DNA of 64,000 nucleotides, from contig NW_024055482.1 in the NCBI RefSeq assembly GCF_902713615.1, positions 186,001-250,000 of the forward strand, written 5' to 3'. This stretch comes from Scyliorhinus canicula. Lineage: Eukaryota. The translations under genes were made by a program, and so were the position numbers. The notes below the pieces were generated by a model. The model was given only the letters and a program-made list of their open reading frames with translations, searched no databases and was not told where the DNA came from. This document shows, one piece after another, positions 35,166 through 44,709 of the stretch (position 1 is its first letter; every line of letters starts with the position of its first letter).

Positions 35166-37632
35166 TGAATGCAGACGCCAAAATACTGGCCAAAATCCTA
35201 GCCAAAAGGCTAGAAGACTGTGTACCTGAGGTGGTCACAGAGGACCAGACGGGCTTTGTCAAAGGTAGACAGCTGACCGCGTACATCAGGCGCCTGCTGA
35301 ACGTGATAATGACCCCCTCCGGGGAGAGAACACAAGAGGTGATCGTCTCCCTGGACGCAGAAAAGGCCTTCGACAGAGTCGAGTGGAAATACCTCATAGA
35401 GGTACTGGAGCGGTTCGGGCTTGGAACAGGGTTCACCGCTTGGGTAAAGCTCCTGTACAACGCTCCCATGGCGAGTGTACAGACCAACAATACCAACTCC
35501 CAATACTTCCAGCTGCACAGGGGCACCAGACAAGGATGCCCACTGTCCCCGCTGCTGTTCGTACTAGCAATTGAACCGCTAGCAATCGCGCTCAGGGCAG
35601 CAAAAAATTGGAGGGGGATCCGAAGGGGAGGTAGAGAGCACAGAGTCTCACTCTATGCGGATGATCTGCTCCTCTATATCTCGGACCCACAAAGCAGCAT
35701 GGACGGAATCATCGCGCTCCTGAAAGAGTTTGGAGCCTTCTCGGGCTACAAACTCAACATGAGCAAAAGTGAGATCTTCCCATTACACCCGCAAGGGGGG
35801 GGGGGGGGGCAGCACTAAAGGGGCTGCCGTTCAAACAAGCCCGACATAAATTCCGCTACCTGGGGATCCAAATAGCCCATGACTGGAAAGGGATCCACAA
35901 ATGGAACCTCACCAGCCTGACGGAGGAAGTTAAAAAGGACCTGCAAAGATGGAACACACTCCCGCTCTCCCTCGCGGGGAGAGTTCAGACGATCAAAATG
36001 AACGTACTGCCCAGGTTCCTCTTCCTGTTTAGATCCATTCCGATCTACATCCCCAAGGCCTTTTTCAAAGCGCTGGACAAACTCATCATGGCGTTCGTAT
36101 GGGGGGGTAAAAATGCTAGGATCCCAAAGAAGGTCTTACAAAAAACAAAAACCAGGGGAGGGTTAGCCCTCCCGAATCTACAATTCTACCACTGGGCAGC
36201 AACAGCCGAGCGAGTAAGGGGATGGATCCAGGAGCCAGAAGCTGAGTGGGTGCGTGCGGAGGAGGCCTCCTGCATGGGAACCTCCCTCCGGGCCCTCGCC
36301 ACGGCAGCACTCCCATCCCCACCCAAAAAACACTCCAGCAGCCCAGTGGTGACAGCCACCCTCCAATCCTGGAACCAACTGCGGCAGCAACTTGGCCTGA
36401 CCAAAATGTCGAACAGGGCTCCCATCTGCAACAACCATAGGTTCAAACCAGCACTGACCGACGCCACCTTCAAAAGGTGGAGGCAGGACGGGGGAACATT
36501 GACAGTCAGGGACCTATACACGGACGACAGGATCGCAACACTGGACGAACTGACAGAGAAATTTCAGCTAGCTGGGGGGAACGAGCTACGGTACCTGCAG
36601 CTCAAAAACTTCCTACGAAAGGAGACAAGGACGTACCCACAACCGCCACGACAGACACTACTGGAAGACCTACTGGACGCAAGTATCCTAGAGAAAGGGA
36701 ACTGTAGTGACATGTATGACCGACTGGTAGATAGGGACGACACCGTACTGGACGCAACAAGGAGGAAATGGGAGGACGACCTGGGGATGGAGATAGGGTG
36801 GGGACTCTGGAGCGAAGCACTGCATAGGGTCAACTCCACCTCCACGTGCGCAAGGCTCAGCCTGACGCAACTAAAAGTGGTACATAGAGCCCACCTAACA
36901 AGAACCCGTATGAGTAGGTTCTTCCCGGAGGTGGAAGACAGATGTGAGCGGTGCCAAAGAGGCCCGGCCAACCACGCCCACATGTTCTGGTCTTGCCCCA
37001 TACTTGTGGAGTACTGGACAGCCTTCTTCGAGGCTATGTCCAAAGTGGTGGGGGTGAGGGTGGAGCCATGCCCGATAGTGGCGGTCTTCGGGGTTTCAGA
37101 CCAGCCAGATCTATTCCTGGGGAGGAGGGCAGACGCCCTTGCCTTTGCCTCCCTGATCGCCCGCCGTAGAATCCTGTTTGGCTGGCGGTCAGCAGCACCG
37201 CCCAGAGCTGCGGACTGGCTGTCCGACCTCTCGGAATCTCTCCAAATGGAGAAAATCAAATTTGCCATCCGAGGGTCGGACGACGGCTTCCACAGAACGT
37301 GGGAGCCATTCATGCAACTGTTCCGGGACCTATTTGTGGCCAATGTACAAGAGGAAGAATAGTCGGGGGAAGGTAGCGGGAGGGGGGGGGGGGCTACAGG
37401 TTCGTTACGGGGGTTCGATGGCTAGCTAAGGCCCAAAACCAAGCTAAATAAACATGTTGAGGGGGGGGGGGGGGGCGCAGTTACTACTACGAAGATGCTT
37501 ACCTGTAAATATGTATGTTAATTTTTGCGTGTTTGTTTTTGTTTGTTTTTTTTTTTGTTTCTCTCTCCTAACAATTTGTAATTTGTTCAATATAAAATAC
37601 GAAAACTGAATAAAAACATTTATAAAAAAAAA
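35166..37632 (+). mobile_element. Young 5'-truncated L1-clade LINE (ORF2 RT + C-terminal Cys-rich domain, poly(A)), 15-bp TSD
   Basis: NADAKILAKILA..DAEKAFDRVEW..GTRQGCPLSPLLF..YADDLLL; one frameshift in the G15 run at 35795-35809; ORF 35998-37362 with CERCQRGPANHAHMFWSC; AATAAA 37609-37614 and A tail. AAGTTAATGATGTTG at 35151-35165 and 37633-37647. Confidence 0.93.
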
Positions 37633-38363
37633 AAGTTAATGATGTTGATTGCACTGTGAGTTGTTATCATTTGGAGTCTGGCGCAACAATTGATGAGAGA
37701 AGAAGAATCAATAGAACATTTCAAAAAGTATTGTCAGAACTTGAGAACGGAAAACCCCGCGGGATTTAAATGCAGGGTGAAATGGGCAATAGAAAAAGTT
37801 ATTTCAAATAGGCGCAGGAAGCGTCAGTTCAATCTGCCCCCAGCCCTCCGACACTATATTCTTCTCAGTGAGTTGAGCAGGTGCAGGATGGTCACGGGCT
37901 GCTGGGTGCTCAACTGTCGCTATTTCCGCTCCATCACTTGTGACTGCAGCTGATAACCGCCGCACAATTTTCATCTTTGAGTCTGCGGTGCCCCGGTCAC
38001 AGCTTCCGTTTGATGCCCTCGCTCCAAAACCATTGGGATATTCTAGACATTGCTGCCGCTGTCATTGGTTGGATCAGCAATGCAGTGGGACCTGAATCTG
38101 GATTGCTGCTCTGACAGATAATTGCCAGCCCTGAAGAGCGATTGATTCAGGAACTATCGCGGGGAACCGCCTCGTCACCCTCCTCGTTATGATCTCGCTG
38201 CTCAGTATTTCCTTCAATGCAAAACCACCATTCTCCCCTTACTGAGTAACCAGATATTATTGTTAATTAAATAATAATGAGTATGGTGCAGGTGACCGTT
38301 ACGTTGGTCAATATGAGGCTGATTCTGAATTTTGAGATTGTTATTGTTTTCTGTTCGTTTCTG

Positions 38364-38633
38364 GTGACTGGAGCCACCAAGACCCAGTGGAACATCTGGA
38401 CGCTGAAATGAGGGTTGAAGACGATACTGACGCCACACAGCAGTACAATCGATACAGACGATCCTGATACACAGTCAGCATCCGGGCAGCCTGCAAGGTT
38501 CATATTCCGTCTGATTGGAGAGAATCTGCGTAGCAGCAAATGTAGAAGTGATCGCAATATGGCACATATATAGAGAAATACCAGCACACAAATATAGAGA
38601 TCCCTATATGTGTCTGTGCCGTCAATCACATTA
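38364..38633 (+). pseudogene. Heavily decayed V segment relic
   Basis: TQW..GLKTILT; *Y..QH PGQPARFIF; DR..AHI.RNTST; terminal VCAVN (38612-38626) followed by heptamer-like CACATTA (38627-38633). Nonamer is poor. Confidence 0.45.
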
Positions 38634-38811
38634 TAGCAGAAAGGCAGTGGGTCCCAGAAACAAACCGACACCAAGAGGGGTAGGGGTATATGTGTGTGTG
38701 TGTGTGTGGTGGGGGGGGGGGGGCGGTGATATTCATCTCTCAAGGTGGATGCGAGAGGGCGGTCAGGAAGACCATCGCCATTTATTATTATGTGAAAATG
38801 GAGCAAGACGG

Positions 38812-39700
38812 GTTATTGGATTGGATTTGTTTATTACCGAGGTACAGTGAAAAGTATTTTTCTGCAAGCAGCTCAACAGATCATTCAGTACATGGAAGAA
38901 AAGGGAATTAACAAATTTCAAGAAAATACATGGGACTACATAATAGGGCAACGCAAGATATACAATGTAACTACATATGCATTGGCATCGGTTGAAGCAC
39001 ACAAGGTGTAGTGTTAATGAGGGCAGTCAATAAGAGAGTCATTTCGGAGTCTGGTGACAGTGGGGAAACTGCTAACCATCTCCACCTCGTCCACGTTGAT
39101 GCTGATAGGGGTGTGTACAATACTTTGCTTCCTGAAGTCGATGACCAGCTCTTTAGTTTTGCTGGCATTGAGGGAGAGATTGTTGTCGTTACACCACTCC
39201 ACTAGGTTCTCTATCTCCCTCCTGTATTCGGACTCGTCGTTATTCAAGATCCGGCCCACTCTGGTCGTATCGTCAGCCAATTTGTAGATGGAGTTGGAAC
39301 CAAGTTTTGCCACGCAGTCGTGTGTGTACAGAGAGTAGAGTAGGGGGCTAAGTACCCAGCCTTGCGGGGCAACAGTTTTGAGGACTATTGTGGAGGAGGT
39401 GTTGGTGTTCATTCTTACTGACTGTGGTCTGTTGGTCAGAAAGTCAAGGATCCAGTTGCAGAGTGGGGGTGCCAAGTCCTAGGTTTTGGAGCTTTGATAT
39501 GAGCTTGGCTGGGATTATGGTGTTGAAGGCGGAGCTGTAGTCAATAAATAGGAGTCTTTGTTTTCGAGATGCTCTCGGGATGAGCGTCGGGCCAGGGAAA
39601 TGGCGTCTGATGTGGACCGGTTGCAACGGTATGCGAATTGAAGTGGGGCAAGGCATTCCGGGAGTATGGAGGTGATGCGCTTAAAGATCAGCCTCTCTGA
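38812..39700 (-). mobile_element. Rex1/Babar-clade LINE RT fragment
   Basis: RLLFIDYSSAFNTIIPAKLISKL; [64 protein letters not shown]. Confidence 0.85.
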
Positions 39701-39767
39701 CCTGCTTTCAAAGCCAGCGATTTAGCCCTGTCCTAAACAGATATCATCCAGGAGTGGAACAACAATT

Positions 39768-39841
39768 CGTCTCTGGGTGGAATCGAACCACCAACCTTTC
39801 GGTTAACAGCCGAAAGCGCTAACCGATTGCGCCACGGAGAC
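39768..39841 (-). tRNA. tRNA-Asn-GTT: tRNA-Asn(GTT), near intact
   Basis: GTCTCCGTGGCGCAATCGGTTAGCGCTTTCGGCTGTTAACCGAAAGGTTGGTGGTTCGATTCCACCCAGAGACG, 74 nt; one C6-A67 acceptor-stem mismatch. Confidence 0.9.
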
Positions 39842-40479
39842 GACAACAGGATCGCAACTCTGTGCATTTCAACAGTGACGGGCAATCCTCTGATTGCCAG
39901 GGACCGAATGAGAATGCTGGCAATATTGGTCCCCTGAGGCAGTGCGGAAAATATCTGGAAGGAGCGTACACATGGTCCCGCGGGCATGGACATTTGTGAG
40001 ACGTGGAATCATCACAGGCCCGTGGATTTTACAGAACTCACTTGGACAGCACCACACTTTCGTTGAAACACGTCCCTTATCCGGGAACCTCCATAACAGA
40101 AAGCAGGAAGTGTCAACATAGATTTGATGTATTTTCGATCAGAAAGTCGATGTTCCGCTGAAGACTACTGGGGGCTCAGACTCGTTGGCATAAGGTCGAC
40201 CTAAGTTAACGGTCCTGGAAGATTTTATTATCCCCACATCTGAGAACTTTCGTTACTGCTGCTCGGAAGTGGATATTCCAAGCTTGAATTTACTGTGCAT
40301 CGCGACATGCTGATTAATCTCACGAATCCGAAACGGCTCCTCTATTGACCAATACAAGGACAGAGACGGCAATGCAATTGTGGAGAAATAGACCTGAGTA
40401 TTTTTCTGAATCCAGATCAAACCATCCTCCGGTACAAGGGCAGGAACGGAAATTTGCTGGAATTGAAAATACTCTCTGA

Positions 40480-40760
40480 GGCTTTCGTACGTGGTTGTAG
40501 CTGCTTTGTGACACTGTGCTCATTGCACAGTAACAGACCGCCCCGTTCTCCACACTGAGCGCGTTTATATTGAGATAACCATTCTTTTTAGACTTGTTGG
40601 CAGCCGCCAGGCATCGTCCTGAGATCTCCTCTTTCTTCATCGTCAATATATTCATGATGACCAATCTCGGCGGCTGTGCCGGATTTTGCTGATACCACAG
40701 CATGTGGTACATCCTCCAGTCTGTATATTCGCAATCTAACTGCACTGAACCTCCTTCTGA
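40480..40760 (-). pseudogene. 5'-truncated (headless) V segment V8 of the V6/V7 family with 23-RSS
   Basis: EGGSVQLDCEY..MLWYQQNPAQPPRL..NGYLNINALSVENGAVCYCAMS; CACAGTG (40518-40512) + 23 nt + ACGAAAGCC (40488-40480). Homology with V7 stops at 40760, where the tRNA-cassette unit begins. Confidence 0.85.
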
Positions 40761-40920
40761 TCTCTAACCTGTCCCGGTTTTTATGAAAGGTAATGGTGAA
40801 AGACGAACATTGTTGTCCTGTCGACTGACTACCTGAGATGTTACAGTACTTTTGGCGTTCTCCGCAGATGTTAGATTGATTTTCGATGGCAATGACAGTA
40901 TGCTTTGGCTCTTTTCGCGG

Positions 40921-41010
40921 GGCTCGTTGGTCTACGGGTATGATTCTCGCTTTGGGTGTATCGCTGTCGGAGTTTGCGAGAGGTCCCGGGTTCAAATCCC
41001 GGCCGAGCCC
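40921..41010 (+). tRNA. tRNA-Pro-TGG: tRNA-Pro(TGG) with 18-nt intron at 37/38 (40957-40974), full length
   Basis: GGCTCGTTGGTCTACGGGTATGATTCTCGCTT-TGG-G [TGTATCGCTGTCGGAGTT] TGCGAGAGGTCCCGGGTTCAAATCCCGGCCGAGCCC. Removing the insertion gives a 72-nt Pro tRNA with two substitutions versus the vertebrate consensus. Confidence 0.88.
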
Positions 41011-42060
41011 TTCGATGAGGTTTCCCGTTGGTCAAACCGCATGTTTTCTTCATTTCTTTGCGGCGGAGACAGCGGGATTCATTCACATTGTGTTTGCTTT
41101 GAGAAGCTGAGCTCAAACTGCATGGAACCAATACGTTCCCGAGAAGCTTGTCTATGTGTGGGCATTCACATTTCTCCTGACTAATTCTGGTGGACTCAGA
41201 CAGCTCTTTGTCCCTTTCATTTTATCAGTTCAACAACTTCAGACTGTGAACTCTCACTTCCCCCTCCACCACATGTTTTTTCCATCAACTTATCATTCCT
41301 TACATTGATATGTTTTACCCTAAGCATTGCCCACCTCCCCCCAGCCCATACCATCCTACTTCAGCAATCTGATCCCTGTTTGTAATTGTTCTCTGACACA
41401 CTGCTTACCTTTGTTCTGCCATTAACACATTCTGACCGCTTGATGCGCCATCAGCACCTTTCATAGCCTTGATTAGCCTCATTTACATTCCCTTTTTCTT
41501 TCTGCCCGAGACATTTTCGTCATTTCCCACCTACTGCTAGCCCTCTATCGAGGCCCAATACAGCACTCCACCACCCCCACCCCCCACCCACAATCGTCTG
41601 AATCTCCAATTCCAGTTCTCCAGCTTTGACAAAGAGTCCACTTGACTGGAAACGACAGCTGCCATTTCGCTCCCCAGAGGCTGTCAGACCTGCTGAGATT
41701 ATCCAGTATTTTCTGTTTTTGTTTCCGTTTGAAGCATCCGCAGTAAGTTGCATTTGTCATACATTTAGACATGTTTGAGATGGTGATTAAATATGTTCAT
41801 TTGTAAATCGCTGAAACTCTGTTGTGGATGAACTAGCTGCTAATATCCGAGGTGTGCCAAGATATGAAAATTGTTCACCTCTCATTGCCTGCCGAAAATT
41901 CAGTGCTTGGGCCTTAATGTTCAATTCAGTGTAGTGGCTCATGTGAGACGAAATTTCATCGTCCTGGAACACACGAGATTCCGGCAACATTTAGGAAACA
42001 GAATTATTTTGTGCCCAATAATTGTGCAAACTTTTCTCACACGAAATGCTAAATATTCGA

Positions 42061-42133
42061 TGTTTTTGCCCGGTTTCGAACCGGGGACCTTTCGCGTGTG
42101 GGGCGAATGTGATAACCACTACACTACAGAAAC
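42061..42133 (-). tRNA. tRNA-Val-CAC: tRNA-Val(CAC), best-preserved copy
   Basis: GTTTCTGTAGTGTAGTGGTTATCACATTCGCCCCACACGCGAAAGGTCCCCGGTTCGAAACCGGGCAAAAACA; U33 changed to C and one acceptor-stem mismatch. Confidence 0.85.
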
Positions 42134-42339
42134 CGCTGGCAAACAATGGACGTGCGGAATGTACAACCTCACTGTGTTGCTGCAGATTCTGATGGTCTGT
42201 TTGAGAGGCCAGGTCCCTTGTTGCAAGCGAAAGCTGTTTCTTAAATTAACAGATGTCTCAACATATAAAGCCGTGAGATGTAGAAATTATATCGAAATTA
42301 ACATAAGTTATATTTTGCTGAATTTCGGTCTCAAATTTG

Positions 42340-42429
42340 TGCTCTTTGGTCTCGAGGTCTGGTTCTCGTTTAAGGATTTTCAAGCAATGCCTATGGGAGT
42401 GGTCGTGGGTTTAAATCCAGGACAGGCTC
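42340..42429 (+). pseudogene. Degenerate tRNA-Pro(AGG)-family copy with anticodon mutated to AAG and 18-nt insertion (42376-42393)
   Basis: Paralog of 30938-31027: ..CTCGT TT AAG G [ATTTTCAAGCAATGCCTA] TGGGAG... Confidence 0.62.
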
Positions 42430-43376
42430 TTTACTCCAGGTCAGGGATTACGAATTGTTTGCGATGCTGACGGCAGGATTGATTTACATTGGCCCACTCT
42501 GAAAAAGATTTCTCAGGACTCGGAATGTTTACGTCGTTTCTCTCCCCACAGATGATGTTCGAGAGAGAGAGAGAGAGAGACAGTGTCTGAGCTGGAGTGC
42601 GTTTGGATAAAATTGATGCTCCAGATCTGTGTTAACCACAGGGGCGTGACCCATCTAATCCACAGAGCCAAAGTGGAGAATTGAACTGACTGGAGAGCTG
42701 GATCTTAACGCTGACCTCCCGGACCTCGGCGTTGTGAAATGTTCCAAAGAAGCTCAACAGCCACTCGAGGAACAGCAGCGCATCTTTCCACTGGGCTCAA
42801 TACAGCTTTCACACTCAGTGTGTGTTCAGCAGTTTCACACTGTAAATGCTGCCCCCATTTTGTGTGTCCTTCCATCGCAGATTTGGGTTTCAATCTTGTT
42901 TCCACTTGTTCTTTGTGTCCGGGCGGTAGTTGTTGATCAATCTGCCATCGATAGCTCCTCAAGACATATCTTTTGCTTCTTTATTTCTTCCATTGCGCTA
43001 ACAGAGAGCTGGCACAGACACGGCGGCCGGAATGGCCTCATACTGTGGTGTCATTATTCTCTGATTCGATGCTAACCTCACTCTGTGGCCAGGGTCCCAA
43101 GGCCTTTTCTCATTTAATCTCTCCTGACTTGCCCCCCATTAGAGCCCTTTCCTGTTGTTCTGTTTGCTCCCTCCGGGATTTCACTTGCTTCTAATTTTCT
43201 ACATTTCTAACCTTTCCAGGTTTCAATGGAAGGTCAAGGAGGTGAAATATGAATATTGTTTCCCTGTCCACAAATGCTGCCTGACTGCCTGAGATTTCCC
43301 AGCATTTTCCGCAGATATCTGATTGGCTGTGGATGGCAATGAAAGTGTCTGTTGGCTCAATCAAGTCGCTCCTACT

Positions 43377-43466
43377 GGCTTGTTGGTCATGGGGTAAGAT
43401 TCTCGCTTCGGGGTTTGTGCCGCAGGAAAATGTGAGAGGTCCCGGGTTCAAATCCTGGGCGAGCCC
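43377..43466 (+). tRNA. tRNA-Pro-CGG: tRNA-Pro(CGG) with 18-nt intron at 37/38 (43413-43430), full length
   Basis: GGCTTGTTGGTCATGGGGTAAGATTCTCGCTT-CGG-G [GTTTGTGCCGCAGGAAAA] TGTGAGAGGTCCCGGGTTCAAATCCTGGGCGAGCCC. Acceptor, anticodon and T stems pair with G-U wobbles; D-arm is altered. Confidence 0.82.
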
Positions 43467-43729
43467 TTTGATGTTGTTTCTTATTGGCCAAGCTGCAGAT
43501 TTTGTTCATTTCTTTCCGGTGCAGGCAGCGGGATCGGTTCACGTTGGGTTTGCTTTGAGAAGCTGAGCTCACACTGCAGGGAATCAATACGTCCCCGAGA
43601 AAATCGAAACATTTTCAAAAAGCTTGACTATGTGAGTGGGCATTCCCTTATCTCTATTCACTAATCCAGGTGACCCCATGATGGTGGATTCAGGCAGCTG
43701 TGTGTCTGTTTCATTTGATTCATTCGAGG

Positions 43730-44290
43730 ATGTGAATATCGCTGGCGAGGCCACGATTTATTGCCCAGAACTCTTTGCCCTTGAGAAGGTGATGGTGAGC
43801 TGCTTCCTGAACCGCTGCAGTCTATTGGTGTAGGTACACCTACAGTGCTGTTAGGGAGGGACTTCCAGGATTATGTCCCAGTGACAGTGAAGGCAGAACC
43901 GATATATTTCCAAGTAATAATAATCTTAATTATTGTCACAAGTCGTCTTGCATTAATAACGCAATGAAGTTACTGTGAAAATGGTCAGCATGGTCACCTG
44001 GAAGGAAACTTTCACGGTGTCGGGGTCTTGGGTTTGGAAGGCGCTGTCTAAGATGCTTTTGGTGAGTTCCTGCAGCCATCCAGGCAAGTGGAGAGTATTC
44101 CATCACACTCCTGACTTGTGCCTTCTGCTGGTGGACAGGTTTTGTGGAGTTAGGAGGCGAGTTACTCGCTGCAAGATTTCCAGCACTCCTGACTTGTGCC
44201 TTGTAGATGGTGGGCAGGCTTTGTGGGGTTAGGAGGTGAGTTACTCGCTGCAGGATTCCCAGCCTCTGACCTGCATTTGTCGACATTGAA
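43730..44290 (-). mobile_element. Non-LTR retrotransposon RT C-terminal fragment with internal duplication
   Basis: LQRVTHLLTPQSLPTIYKAQVRS..KAQVRSVMEYSPLAW (ORF 43936-44418). Confidence 0.7.
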
Positions 44291-44439
44291 CAAACTGTTA
44301 ATATTTGTGCCGAGTCAAAATAGGAGCATCTGTGTTCCAGCTCAGCGTGTGGGCAATTTTCAGCACATCTGCTTCTCCTGAATGCATTTTTAGGTACATG
44401 TCTGAGCAACTGACACATGCTTGTAAGTTATTATATTCG

Positions 44440-44709
44440 GGTAATATTGGATTCACTGGGGGAGTGGCTGGTGGGTGAATAGTGTAACTGGCTCTGGACC
44501 AGGTAATATTGGACAGTGGATTCACTGGGGGAGTGGCTGGTGGGTGAATAGTGTAACTGGCTCTGGACCAGGTAATATTGGACAGTGGATTCACTGGGGG
44601 AGTGGCTGGTGGGTGAATAGTGTAACTGTCTCTGAACCAGGTAATATTGGACAGTGGATTCACTGGGGGAGTGGCTGGTGGGTGAATAGTGTAACTGTCT
44701 CTGAACCAG
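44440..44709. repeat. 69-bp tandem repeat, 4 copies
   Basis: ggtaatattggacagtggattcactgggggagtggctggtgggtgaatagtgtaactg(g/t)ctctg(g/a)acca at 44502, 44571 and 44640; the first copy lacks 7 nt. Confidence 0.95.

Larger units (their letters stand above)
41533..43180 (+). repeat. Segmental duplicate of 30118-31760 (tRNA-Val/Pro cassette)
   Basis: Colinear near-identity seen directly, e.g. ctagccctctatcgaggcccaatacagc at 30125 and 41538; shared shadow ORFs MSKCMTNATYCGCFKRKQK and METRLKPKSAMEGH. Confidence 0.92.

Noticed and set aside
20703-40760. IgH-V, NAR-V or other Ig-like V segments, known to occur in shark TCR-delta loci
   Set aside because: None of the Vs shows IgH-type framework motifs or an octamer promoter that I could identify. 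Alpha versus delta assignment also cannot be made without C/J context or phylogeny.
44440-44709. CRISPR-like array
   Set aside because: Units are contiguous with no unique spacers, and the context is a vertebrate genome.
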